Positions 27,834 through 43,161 are shown, counted from the stretch's first letter. The stretch is 64,000 bases of DNA from Octopus vulgaris (GCA_951406725.2 OX597840.1:19902001-19966000), one strand, 5' to 3'. Notes: generated by a model from the letters alone, not told the origin. Made by a program: numbers and translations.

Positions 27834-28360
27834 CTAGCAGCATATCCCGGCGTTGCCCGGGTATGTAAGAGCCCCTAGTAGGCAACGACTAATCCCAATC
27901 TAGTCCTTTCCCTCTAATTTCCTGCCAATTTGTGAAAGATATTGTCGAAAATATGTCATCTTGAATTTGAACGCAATTTCCCAAAATGGCATGATTTTAT
28001 CGATTTTGTTCTGATGGTAAGGTATTGCATGGAAAACTAACGTCAGAATTAAGTTTCTTGGGGTAACATTAAGCTTCACCATGAGTTTGGTGAAAATTGA
28101 TTGCAAGTTGCGAAAACTTCAACAGAAAATGTGTTGCATATAAAAAGCTCAGATTCTCGACCCCATGTCCAATTTATCGATTTTTTTCAGAACTGGGGGA
28201 ACTTTTCAAAAATTTCGCTGCGTTAGTTTTGAATTATGACATTGGGCTATGTGTGTGTCAAGTTTCATCAGAATCGGTTGAAAGATGTGGTCAGGGTGAG
28301 GGTACAACCTGACAGACACACAGACACACAGACAGACAAACTGCCGTTTATATATAGAGA
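27834..28360 (-). mobile_element. Complete non-autonomous Helitron (527 bp)
   Basis: Minus strand reads A|TCTCTATATATAAAC..(TGTC)n..hairpin CCCGGGCAACGCCGGG..GCTGCTAG|T. This gives canonical TC/CTAG ends, an AT target and no TSD. Confidence 0.88.
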
Positions 28361-28419
28361 TAATTATAAACAGGGCAAATTTTAGCCATTTCTCTGCAGA
28401 CCGAAAAAAAGGATGAATG

Positions 28420-28462
28420 GCCTTAATTGATTTTCGAACCTTATTGGGTCCTCATCAGAGAC
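28420..28462 (-). ncRNA. Type-I hammerhead ribozyme motif with fully canonical core
   Basis: GUCU-CUGAUGA-GGACC-CAAUAA-GGUUC-GAAA-A-UCAA-U-UA-AGGC. Confidence 0.7.
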
Positions 28463-28587
28463 GTCTACAACATTCTAACGTTCTCCAAAGAAACAATCAA
28501 CCAAACTGTTTATATACTTGACAAACGCAGCAGTTACTCTATGAAGGGATCCCTAATTTGCATACTGAAAGTGTTTAACACTCTATA

Positions 28588-28825
28588 AATACCTATTTCT
28601 TTATTACCCACAAGGGGCTAAACATAGAGGGGACAAACAAGGACAGACAAACGGATTAAGTCGATTATATCTACCCCAGTGCGCAACTGGTGCTTAATTT
28701 ATCGACCCCGAAAGGATGAAAGGCAAAGTGACCTCGGCGGAATTTGAACTCACAACGTAACGGCAGACGAAATACCGCTTAGCATTTCGCCCGGCGTGCT
28801 AACGATTCTGCCAGCTCGCCGCCTT
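28588..28825 (-). mobile_element. SINE-A, full length
   Basis: Reverse complement of the consensus. Confidence 0.9.
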
Positions 28826-29036
28826 TTAAATACCAGTGGTCTCTATGTATGCATGAATATTACAGAGATGTACTGGCAAATTCTACAAGATTTCTGCCGA
28901 TCAAAAGAGTAATTGATCGTATATGTATATTGCTATTTGCAATGTACATCAATTAATTGCATCAGTCTATTTGAAACACTTGTAGCTTATGATGAAATCG
29001 TTGATAATGTGTCATCATTCTCTCTGTTTTTACACG

Positions 29037-29068
<32 letters not shown>

Positions 29069-29074
29069 CACACA

Positions 29075-29137
<63 letters not shown>

Positions 29138-29887
29138 TGCTATTTAATAGCAGTTTGATTCGGTCCCATGCAGCTTAAATCTTCGTCGGCTCGTCGGATG
29201 ATCCTAACTCGTCAGGCATGGGAGACCCATTTTCAAACCTGAGTAGAAAATATGTGATGAACCAACGAAGCCTTAAGGTTCATGGACCCAAATTGCCATT
29301 AAATGCTAATATGTGTATTTAATAGGTCCACTCTCGCCAATGAGTCAATGAGCTTGGCTGCTTTTTAACCAATGAAAATATAGGATGCAGAAACATATTT
29401 CGTGATGCATTTATAAAACCTTTTAATTTCCGTGAGCAGGTTATTATCGTTGTTATATTTTTCCTAAGCTCAGAGTTCCCACTGCATAAGGAACATTCCA
29501 TCGGATTTCAGTGGGAGATATGAGAGTGACAAGTGGTAGCCGATTGGGCGAAGCATAGGAGCTTTTAAGAGCGCATTCACAAACATTAGCCTCCAAACTA
29601 TATATACACATATACATATATATGTGTGTGTATATGTATGTATGTACGTACGTGTGTATAACTGACACAGTCCCACATTAAATACATGTAACTAAATATG
29701 TTGAATGCTACTGGTATTTCGTTTGTTCACGCAAGCTTTTATAAATTGTATATATATATATATGCGTATGCGCGTGTATATATATATATATATATATTGT
29801 ATATATAAACACACACACATACAGTATAGCTATGTGTTTTGTAGGGATAGACAGAAGACTGATAAGGCTGACAGTGTCGAACAAAGG

Positions 29888-29960
<73 letters not shown>

Positions 29961-30206
29961 TAGATAGATAGATAGATATTGCAAGAGAGGAAATAAAAGA
30001 GAGGAAAAGAATGAGTGAGAGGAAAAGAGTGAGAGAGGGAGGGAGAGAGAGACCTCCTTAGACTCAAGTGAGAATTTCTATATTTAAGTAAATAGCTTTT
30101 GAACACTCCTAGATTATACCGAAAACAATGGAGATTAGGTCACAGAGACATATATAATAGATGTGTGTATGTATGTATGTATGTATGTATACACACACTC
30201 ATACAC

Positions 30207-30240
<34 letters not shown>

Positions 30241-30617
30241 CTTGGCTCGTACATACATACATACACACATATAAATGCATACTTAAAGACGTACCTACTT
30301 AGAAAGTCACAGTCACATACAACATAAATACACACACACTTTACTTATTTATACACACACGTATACATACATTCATATATATATATATTGCACTGACATA
30401 TAATCTCATGATCACACACACACATTCACATCCAGTCATACATCTACATACACATAACCATACACACACACACACACATACACACGCGCAAAAGCAACCA
30501 CTTAGGCAGGCACGCGCACGCGCACCTATGTCATATATTTTTTTAAAATTTTATCTAGTTTCAGCTCACAAGCTGTGGCCATGCTGGGGCACCGCCATTT
30601 TGTGGGGCACCGCCATT

Positions 30618-30649
<32 letters not shown>

Positions 30650-30946
30650 AGCTAAGCTGGAAGGGTCTGCACTATTGATCGACATGCTAGACATAGCAGC
30701 CAAATCATTCTCAAATAAAACCAGAAAATCTTAAGGAAGAAGGAAAGATTCAAAATGACAGCTACGTGGCCGGGGACTTAACAATCTCGCTTGGCAAACC
30801 CGAGGTTTCGTGTTCAATCCCATTACGCGGCACCTCGGGCAAGTGCCTTCTACAATTGCCCGAGGCCCATTTAATGCCTCGTCAGTGGTGAATTCGATTG
30901 ATTGAAACTGTGTGGAAGCCTGCCGTATATGTGTATACATACATAG

Positions 30947-31950
<1,004 letters not shown>

Positions 31951-31951
31951 G

Positions 31952-32053
<102 letters not shown>

Positions 32054-32087
32054 CGTATATATATATGTATATATATATATATATATA

Positions 32088-32239
32088 GGCGCAGGGGTGG
32101 CTGTGTGGGGAGAAGCTCGATCCCCAACCACATGGTTCCGGGTTCAGTCCCACTGCACGGCACCTTGAGCAAATCTCTTCTATTGTAGCCTCGGGTCAAC
32201 CAAAGCCTTGAGTGGTTGACGGAAACTAAAAGAAGCCTA

Positions 32240-32292
<53 letters not shown>

Positions 32293-32399
32293 TGTTTTTC
32301 CGTACCCAGACCGCCTGACGACCAGTGTTGGTTTGATTACGACTGCGTAAGTTTGCGGTTCGGCGAAAGAGACCGTTAGAATAAGTACCATGACTTTAC

Positions 32400-32438
<39 letters not shown>

Positions 32439-32530
32439 CATTACTGAAGTGGATTTGTTGGACTTAAAACGCCCTCCACTGCAACGCCCCAGCATGGGCC
32501 GTGGCCCATTGACAGAAAGAAGTTTAAAGG
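32088..32530 (+). mobile_element. SINE-B, diverged
   Basis: Head, CORE-like block and tail are recognisable. Confidence 0.75.
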
Positions 32531-33006
32531 ACAAAAACATCAAAGAAACCAAACGCCCCGATCGGGACTGACCCAGGGCTAAAACAAAAGACACCCGTTT
32601 CCCACCCCGATCACGAAAACAACAAAACCACTTCCTCTCCAATTGCTTCTTTACAAAAACCCGAACCGATCCACACGTGGACAAATGTGTGATCTTGTGT
32701 TGATACATGTGCTGTTGTTTGCAGAGTGCGCATGCGTATATGTGTGAATTTTTGCTTCTCTCTCTCTCTCTCTCTCTCCGTGATCGTGCGTGCGCGCATG
32801 TGTGTGTGTGTGTGTTTTTGGGGGGGTGAGGGTGACGGTGTGTGGGCGGGTATCTGTTTATCTGGAGTTTTAGTATTCAATTTCCAGTCATAGATTTCTA
32901 TCAGCGAAAAGTAAAAAAAACGAAAGAAAAATAAAGACGAGACACAGAAAATTCACATGCACACCCCTCCCTCACCCCTTCCTCTATTCCACACACACAC
33001 ACACAC

Positions 33007-33037
<31 letters not shown>

Positions 33038-33334
33038 TTCTCAGCACTTAGGTATATGTGTGTATACATATATATATATATATACACATTTATATGCACA
33101 CATGCTCTCGTACACTCTAACATATTTGCAATCACAGATACTTACATATCTGTCTGTCTATCTGTCTTTCTACCTACCTCTTTCTTTATTGCCCACAAGG
33201 GGCTAAACATAGAGGGGACAAACAAGGACAGACAAAGGGATTAAGTCGATTATGTCGACCCCAGTGCGTAACTGGTACTTAATTTATCGACCCCAAAAGG
33301 AAGAAAGGCAAAGTCTGTCTATCTACCTACCTAC

Positions 33335-33394
<60 letters not shown>

Positions 33395-33403
33395 ACCTGT
33401 CTG

Positions 33404-33452
<49 letters not shown>

Positions 33453-33597
33453 ATATCTATCTGCCTGTCTATCTGTCTGTCTGTCTATCTATCTATTTTA
33501 TCTATCTATCTATCTATCTATATCTATCTATCTACCTACCTTATTACCTACTACTTATTTATTATATATATTATATATTGTATATATCTGTGTGTGT

Positions 33598-33648
<51 letters not shown>

Positions 33649-33649
33649 T

Positions 33650-33904
33650 GAAAAACAATTCAATGCCGTGGCATCTTGAAACAGCTGTCGAGATAAGACA
33701 TTATATGATGTGTGCCATGATAGATCGCCAGCCGTTACACATTCTTTATTTTCTCTCCTTGTTTCTTTCTGTGTTCCTTTCTGTGGAAGAGCGTAGGCTC
33801 GAAACGTTAAAGACATTTTCCCTTCCCGAGCGTTAAACTAATACATCTGTTTGTTGTCTACACCACCCGTCTTAGCCTTTTGTTTTTTTCTGCGAATTCT
33901 CCCT
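33650..33904 (+). mobile_element. Family D element preceded by a half hammerhead
   Basis: AUGCC-GU-GGCAU-CUU-GAAAC-AGCU-GUC at 33663-33689, then a CUGUGGA motif at 33776-33813. The 3' end is CTCCC(TA)n. Confidence 0.75.
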
Positions 33905-33919
33905 ATATATATATACATA

Positions 33920-34076
<157 letters not shown>

Positions 34077-34114
34077 CAAATTGAGATAGGGGTTGTGAGT
34101 GTGTATATATATAT

Positions 34115-34453
<339 letters not shown>

Positions 34454-34508
34454 ATATATGTATATATATATATGTATATATATGTATATATATATATGTA
34501 TATATATG

Positions 34509-34586
<78 letters not shown>

Positions 34587-34588
<2 letters not shown>

Positions 34589-35075
34589 TGTAGGAGTGGA
34601 TGTGTGGTAAGTAGCTTGCTTACGAACCACACGGTTCTGGGTTCAGTCCCACTGTATGGCACCTTGGGCAAGTGTCTTCTACTGTAGCCTCGGGACAACC
34701 AAAGCCTTTTGAGTGCATTTGGTAGACGGAAACTGAAAGAAGCCCATCATATATATGTATGTGTGTGGGTGGGTGTGGGTGGGTGTGTGTTTGTGTGGCT
34801 GTGTGTGTCCCCCAGCATCGCTTGACAACCGATGCTGGGGTGTTTACATCCCCGTAAATTAGCGGTTCGGCAAAAGAGACCGATAGAATAAGTACTGGGC
34901 TTACAAAGAATAAGTCCTGGGATTGATTTGCTTTTTATATATCATTTTTACTCTTTTATTCCTTTTCAATTGTTTCAGTCGTTTGACTGTGGCCATGCTG
35001 GAGCACCGCCCCAGTCGAGCAAATCAATCTCAGGACTTATTCTTTGTAAGCCTAGTACTTATTCTATCGGTCTCT
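34587..35075. mobile_element. SINE-B (+, 34587-34925) and SINE-B tail (-, 34945-35075)
   Basis: Both match the consensus. Confidence 0.8.
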
Positions 35076-35526
35076 TTATATATATACATACATACACACA
35101 CACACATGTATGTATGTTTACATACATATACAGAAGTATGCATGTATACATGTGTGTATGTATATGTGCATATATATGTGTGTATATGTGCTATAAGTGT
35201 GTATATAAGTGGGAGAAGAGTTATTTATAGAGAGGAACATAAAAACTTGAGAATTAAACAAGGATAAAAGAGTCACGACTTTTGAAGTTTATGCTCTTAT
35301 ACTCACGCAGACACACACACACTCACACACACACACACATGTACACACACACACACACACACACATATATACATATACATATATAAAGATAAATTTACAT
35401 GCACAAACACACAATCTCAAACAAAGGCAAACAGGCCCACACACACACACATACACATACACACACATAAACTTACATGCACAAAGACACACACACACAT
35501 ATACACGCATACACAAATTGAAATAT

Positions 35527-35996
35527 ACTCTTTACTCTTTTACTTGTTTCAGTCATTTGACTGCGGCCATGCTGGAGCACCGCCTTTAGTCGAGCAATTC
35601 GACCCCGGGACTTATTCTTTTGTAAGCCCAGTACTTATTCTATGGGTCTCTTTTGCCGAACCTCTAAGTGACGGGGACTTAAACACACCAGCATCGGTTG
35701 TCAAGCGATGTTGGGGTGGGACAAACACAAGCACACACACATACGTACATACACACATACATACATACATACATTCATACATACATACATACATACACAC
35801 ATACATACATACATACATACATACACACATACATACATACATATATACATACATACATACACACACACATACATACACACATACATACATACACACATAC
35901 ATCATATATACATGCATGCATACATTCATACATACATGTACACACACATACATACACACATACATACAAACATACATACATACATACATACATACT

Positions 35997-36028
<32 letters not shown>

Positions 36029-36050
36029 CGTACACAGACTCAAATATACA
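35527..36050 (-). mobile_element. SINE-B 3' half with an expanded (CATA)n tract
   Basis: Consensus match to ~35735, then microsatellite. Confidence 0.8.
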
Positions 36051-36810
36051 CTCAAACATAATTGGATTCATATACACACATAAGCACACACATGCAACTA
36101 ACACGCATACTTGCCCACACATACACACATATAATCGGAGGCTTGGTCATGTGGTAAGAAGCTTGCTTCCCAAACACGTAGTTCTTGGTTCAATCCCACT
36201 ATGCTGCTGTTGTTGTTGTTAAGCAACAAGACGGGTAAGGGTTATTAAGTGATGGTCTAGAGCTTAGGGGCGGGAGACCCCAGACTTTGAGGGAAAAAAA
36301 AAACCTGCTGCCCTTGTGGCAAAATTTGAAACCATTATTACTGGAATGATAGGACATGTGCCAAACAGACTGGAACAAAGTAGGATTGAACCTGGGATCT
36401 TCGGGATGTGCCTGATATTTGACATCGGTCAAATCAGCCTCTCATTACTCTGAGTGCTATGTCCCCGTAACTTAGCAGTTCGGCAAAAGAGACCGAAAGA
36501 ACAAGTGCCAAGCTTTAAAAAGAGTAGCGGGGTCAATACAGTTCAACAAAAACCTTCTTAAGATTTCTTTAAGGCAGTGCTCCAGCATGACCACAGTCTA
36601 AAAACTGAAGCTAGTGTTCAGGATTGAATGGTGGTGGGGTTAACATATAGGTGTGTAAGTTGTATAGGTAGATGCACACTAAGTTACCGATAGTAGAATG
36701 TCCTAGAATAATTCTACACAAAGAAGGCATTGTCACCTTTTAGAGCGATCGGTTTACATTCTGAGAACTTCAACGGAGCAAAGAGAAAAATGACCAATTA
36801 TTCACACAAT

Positions 36811-36906
<96 letters not shown>

Positions 36907-36950
36907 GTTTTGCGTTCTTGTCCCAGTTTGTATTTTTTTACATATACATA

Positions 36951-37001
<51 letters not shown>

Positions 37002-37035
37002 AGGAGATGTAGAACACGAGTTGTGATATATAAAA

Positions 37036-37193
37036 AAAGGAAATGAATAAAATGCTGACAAAATAATTTAAGTAAGGGAGAGTGTATTTAATTAGGTGAA
37101 AGTTCTATTTTTGTTTAAAAAAAGACCTTTCACCTAATTAAATACACTCTCCCTTACTTAAATTATTTTGTCAGCATTTTCTTCATTTCCTTT
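37036..37193. repeat. Palindrome of about 158 bp between (TA)n tracts
   Basis: AAAATGCTGACAAAATAATTTAAGTAAGGGAGAGTGTATTTAATTAGGTGAAAG and its reverse complement, centre ~37114. Confidence 0.9.
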
Positions 37194-37198
37194 CTATA

Positions 37199-37230
<32 letters not shown>

Positions 37231-37289
37231 CACACACAAACATACAGAAAGATATGTATAACTACACACACGTACATACATACATGCAT

Positions 37290-37724
37290 AACACACTGCC
37301 TAAATAGCAATCTTGAGAACTTAAGCTTCTCAAAACCAGAAAGGAGAAAGCTGATTTGAAGACTACAGATCCAGTCCATCAGTGGAACTGTAAAAATCTG
37401 TAAAACTTTCCTGAAGTTTATCATCGAGATATATAAGAGCATGTCTAGATATGCAACTATATGCATGAGAATACATACGTAAAACAAAACATACAACTAT
37501 ACAAATACGTACATACACACATACATACATACATATACATACATACACACATACATACATACATACACACATACATGCATACATATACATACATACATAT
37601 ACATACATACATATACATACATACATTATTGATGTTGAAATTCCAATGATGGTGCCTTGAACCTAGGTTAGAAACTGGCTCTTTCTCTATTGGCAAGAAA
37701 TATTGAAATAAAACTGACTAATGA
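37290..37724 (+). pseudogene. RLE-type (R4/Dong-like) LINE 3' fragment in (CATA)n
   Basis: HCLNSNLENLSFSKPERRKLI*RLQIQSISGTVKICKTFLKF aligns with the C-terminus encoded at 61405-61540 (-). It shares a 3'UTR motif (GTTRGAAACYGGCTC). Confidence 0.75.
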
Positions 37725-37935
37725 CATACATACATTATACATTATACATACGTACATACATACATATATACATACATTCATATATACATACGTGCATACA
37801 TACATACATACATACTTGCATACATACATACATACATACATACATACATACATACATACATACATACATACATACATACATACATACATACATACACACA
37901 TACATACATTCGTGCAAACATACATACATACATAC

Positions 37936-37966
<31 letters not shown>

Positions 37967-38298
37967 CATACATACATACATACACACACACATACATACA
38001 TACATACATACATACATACATACATACAGACATACAGACATACATACATACATACATACATACATACATACATACATACATACATACATACATACATACA
38101 TACATACATACATACATACATACATACATTCGTGCAAACATACATACATACATACTTACATACATACATACATGCATACACACACATACATACATACATA
38201 CATACATACATACATACTTGCATACATACACACACACACACATACATACATACATACATACAGACAGACAGACAAACATACATACACACACACATACA

Positions 38299-38329
<31 letters not shown>

Positions 38330-38330
38330 T
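37725..38330. repeat. (CATA)n tract of about 600 bp with an internal duplication
   Basis: The variant CATTCGTGCAAACATAC occurs at ~37907 and ~38127. Confidence 0.95.
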
Positions 38331-38376
38331 TGACATCTTACTACACAATGGAATCGTTGTTTCTGGGTTTGGGAAT

Positions 38377-38414
<38 letters not shown>

Positions 38415-38917
38415 CAGGGAAAGGCATAACTTGACATCCTATAAATAACAGTCGAAGAAATTCCCCCTTGGCCGTGTGGCAGCCTCATTGTCTTCAAGAA
38501 AAAGCAAGGACACTTTAGAGAATGGTTTCGCACCGACTGATAGTCTTCACCCTATTTTCCCCCCAGCATATTACCAAGATGAGAGAGAGAGGGGGAGAGA
38601 GAGGGAAGAAAGAGGGAGAGATAGGTAGATAGAGAGAGACTCTGAAATGCTATTTGTGGTTCAGTGAAAAAAAAAACAAAAAAAAAACGGCAAGGTGTAG
38701 TGAAGAATCCAGGTAAAAATTGTAACAAAGGAAATCTAATCACAGGAAAAGAAAAGAAGCCACGAAACGGGTGGAAGTGAAGAGCAAACACGTTTCCACG
38801 AGACTTAAACAATGTCGAAAGATTAAATTTGGCAGATTCTATAAAACGTGATTAATTTTTTTTCACACGTCTTTATTATCGTACTGCATATATATACACA
38901 CATACACGCACACACTC

Positions 38918-38967
<50 letters not shown>

Positions 38968-39060
38968 GCATGTATATGTGTGTATATATATACATACATA
39001 TGTTGAAAGCAACACCGACCAGCGCCCAGAGCGTTGTTTTTCTTAATTTAGGATGTATGC

Positions 39061-39103
<43 letters not shown>

Positions 39104-39268
39104 AACATGAACACGTGAGCGGACACAGACACATTTACATATATATATATACAAATATATATATAAACATACATATATATGTATTTATATAGTAGGTCAG
39201 TTATATATATATATATTTTACACATATATACGTACATATACACACATATATACTTATATATATCTATA

Positions 39269-39329
<61 letters not shown>

Positions 39330-39791
39330 TCATATATATACATATATACATACATACATACATACAAGGAAATAAAGCTATAAGTATTATCATATAACTA
39401 CAAGGTTAATAACCTTTTTGTTTTTGGAAATGTCTCAGACTGCCTGTTTCTATCCAATTTACATATATATATGACAAATATGTCCAGATAACAAATGTAT
39501 ATAAGTATTAGAAACCAAAATAATTACATTGTTTCCTTTGTAGTATTGATATAAATCTGTTTAAAATGGTTTCCCCTTTATGTTGGAACTCTATATGATC
39601 GTCAATGTCTGAGGAGTGTGATTTCTTTCAAATTGATGTAATGTTTTCATTGGTCGATTAAATGGACCCACTTGAGATGGCCATAACGTATTGATACCTG
39701 GACATGTTTGTTACCTATTGATATTCTGTTCACCTACCTGGGAGTTGTGCGGACTCTACCAAACTGGCTTGGTACCTAATTCAACCTTATC

Positions 39792-39845
<54 letters not shown>

Positions 39846-40007
39846 ATTCGAGACAAGACCACTATTTTAAAACCAAACAAGGAAAGACTTAATCAATACA
39901 TAAAATTTTAATATAAATTAAATAAATTATATATATATAGGTCCCGGGTTGAGTCGGGGTTAACCACAGTAAATAAGGTACTCAATACATAGCAGAGTAA
40001 ATTAATT

Positions 40008-40108
40008 TATTTTATAGAAGGAGCTTCTACAGGACTAGAACTGTTTCATTCAAATGAAATCTTCACATTTGAATGAAGCAGTTCTAGTCCTGTAGAAGCT
40101 CCTTCTAT

Positions 40109-40114
<6 letters not shown>
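40008..40114. repeat. 107-bp palindrome folding back at a hammerhead core
   Basis: Loop AAATCTTCA at 40057-40065. The minus strand reads UGAAGA-UUUC-AUUU-GAAU-GAAAC-A-GUU-CUAG. Confidence 0.85.
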
Positions 40115-40183
<69 letters not shown>

Positions 40184-40453
40184 TACTCGGTATCAAGATA
40201 AAACTCTGAGTTTCAGATGCCGAAACAACACCATCTCTTCGATCTGTATTTCAGATAACCGAAGAGATGGTGTTGTGGATTTCCACTGGCATCGAACGAA
40301 TCTTGATGTTAACAAATATTGGAGTCGAACGAAGATGTTAACAAAATTCCTTTACTCTCGACACATGTGTTTTCTGACGTGAATTTGCTACCCAGGTTCC
40401 GGTTAAACGAATTTTCCATGCTGACGATAAACATAGGATAATTCATTCTGCTA

Positions 40454-40487
<34 letters not shown>

Positions 40488-41639
40488 TATATACATATAT
40501 GTATATACATATATATATATATATATACTTATTATATTATATTTATCATTCTTTTTATAACTTTTGGATTAAAAAAAATTTATATTTTATATATATATAT
40601 ATTATATATTATATTAATTATATTTATATTATTTGTTATTTATGTATTGGTTTATGTCTATCACTGTTTGAGTTGCATAATAGTGGTTTTATCTCTAATT
40701 CATATTTTATATATATATATAATTATATTAAATTAGAGATAAAACCACTATTAGGCAAATCATACAATGAAAAACTTAAGCCAATACATAAGATTAATTA
40801 ATTTATATTATTTAAAATATATATCAAAATTATTAAAAAGATAATGTGTATAACACTACGATCGTTTTATATATATATATTTATATATACACACACACAT
40901 ATATATATATGTATATGTATGCATATGTATATATAGCTATATATATATATGTAAGAGCATTGTATTTGAAAGTTGTGGTTTCTTTGGTTTGTTTGTCCCC
41001 ATACAACACTTATTTCAGCATTGTTGACACCGTTGGATTGAATGGTCCTGCCCAGGTGTCGAAACCATAATGATATTTGTGGGGCAGCTGATGATGGACG
41101 TATGTTGGATTGTTGGTATGGCTGTTTTTGCATATGTGGAATAGTATTATAACACATCTTTTTCATATATATACAATGGGCTTCCTCTCAGTTTCTATCT
41201 ACCGAATTCAATCTCAAGGCTTTGGTCAGCCTGAGGCTATCGCAGAAAACACTACTTGCCCAAGGTGTCGTGCAGTGGGATTGAAAAACTTTTAAAAGAA
41301 AGCTCCATTCTTATAAAACTAAAAAAAAGAAGGAAAAAATGAAAAATAACTAAAAGCAGACCACAAATTACGAAGTAACATATAAGCTTTTCCACGAACC
41401 AGAATTTATGAAAAATCATAAAATATTTTTGACATGAGAAAACAGTTGTCTTTTTTCTCTTCGTTTTTGTACAAATTTATGTATCTTCCATAAATTTTCC
41501 TTTGAATTTTTACTGATATTTATTTGTTGTTCTAGTGTTTAGGCAGGGTGGGGTGGGAGCCCCACATGGTGAGCATCTATTTCTGGGCCTCCTCCAGAAA
41601 TTAACATAAGTTAATTAGGTCTGTCTTGAGCTGTAAGAC

Positions 41640-41795
41640 TCATAGTGGCTTAGTGGTTAGCGTAATGGACTCATGATTGTAAGATTGTGGTTTCGATTCC
41701 TGGGCAGAGTGACGCGTTGTGTTCTTGAGCAACTTCATTTCGCATTGCTCCAGTCTACTAGGCTGACATAAAGGAGTAACCCTGCGATGGACCCT
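41640..41795 (+). mobile_element. SINE family H fragment
   Basis: TGGCTTAGTGGTTAG..GGTTTCGATTCC..TTGTGTTCTTGAGCAA (CORE-like). Confidence 0.7.
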
Positions 41796-42018
41796 GGAAT
41801 TTCTTCGTCTATAAGTAGGCTGTAAAATCCTTGGCACATATGTGAATTTTTGCTGGTAGCTTTTTTTTTTTTCCATGTTATTTGTACACATTGAGAAAAT
41901 CCACACACTCAAACACAGATATATATATATAGATAGATATATATACACACATGTAAATATAAATATTATTAAAATAACATTAATATCCAACAAGGATAAA
42001 GCACCATATAGGTAGAAT

Positions 42019-42089
<71 letters not shown>

Positions 42090-42091
<2 letters not shown>

Positions 42092-42406
42092 AAGTAGATA
42101 GATGAATTATCTTATTACGGATAATTCGAAGGATAACCGATACCTGGGTAGCAAAATTCACAACAGAAAGGGCACGGTTTAAGTTACGATCATGGTGCAT
42201 AAAATCCGTGCCTTAGTGCGGAAATTTGAAGTTTTATATATTAAGTATAGGAAAGAATGGAGCTGAACGAAGATTTAACAAAATTCCTTTATTTTATTTT
42301 CGACATATGTTTCGAAGTCTGCAGACTTTGCAGACTTCGAAACATATGTCGAAAATAAAATAAAGGAATTTTGTTAAATCTTCGTTCAGCTCCATTCTTT
42401 CTATAC

Positions 42407-42416
<10 letters not shown>
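42090..42416. mobile_element. Family F fold-back element (palindrome 42235-42416, tail on the left)
   Basis: Loop GACTT at 42324-42328. Each arm, read outward, gives ..CUUC-GAAAC-AUAU-GUC. Both sides are (TA)n. Confidence 0.88.
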
Positions 42417-42479
<63 letters not shown>

Positions 42480-42483
<4 letters not shown>

Positions 42484-42669
42484 AGGGTTTACGTAAAAAA
42501 ACAAAAGACGAAGACAGGTGGTGCACAAAACAAACAGATGTATTAGTATAATGCTCAGGAACAGAAAAAGTCTTTTACATTTCGAGCCTACGCTCTTCCA
42601 GAGAAAGGGACACAGAAAAAAACAAAGAGAGAAAAAAATGTGTGTAGTGGCTAACGATCTATCATGGCA
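42480..42669 (-). mobile_element. Family D element
   Basis: Motif at 42571-42608. The 3' end abuts (TA)n. Confidence 0.75.
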
Positions 42670-42690
42670 TTTCATGATAGCTGTGTATAC

Positions 42691-42733
<43 letters not shown>

Positions 42734-42739
42734 CATATT

Positions 42740-43078
42740 TGAGACCCCCTTCGGTCACGACACGGACCATGGGATTGCACCTAGAAAGTTACCCTCTCAG
42801 GCACAAGTCCGGGCAAGGTTGTTTATGGAAGACCAGCAGTCGCCCATGTATACCGGCTTCCCCTCTCCACGCCACTGATGTTATCCAAGGGAAAGGCAAA
42901 GGGGCCGGTACAGCTTGGCACCAGTGACGTTGCCACAACTCATTTCTACAGCTGAGTGAACTGGAGCAACGTGAAATAAAGTGTCTTGCTCAAGAACACA
43001 ACACGCAGCCCGGTCCGGGATTCGAGCTTACAACCTCTTGAACGTAAGCTCGACGCTCTAACCACTGATCCATGCGCC

Positions 43079-43082
<4 letters not shown>
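42740..43082 (-). mobile_element. SINE family H, near full length
   Basis: tRNA head GAAGGCGCATGGATCAGTGGTTAGAGCG..CTCGAATCCC, then CORE-like TTGTGTTCTTGAGCAAGACACTT. Confidence 0.8.
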
Positions 43083-43161
<79 letters not shown>

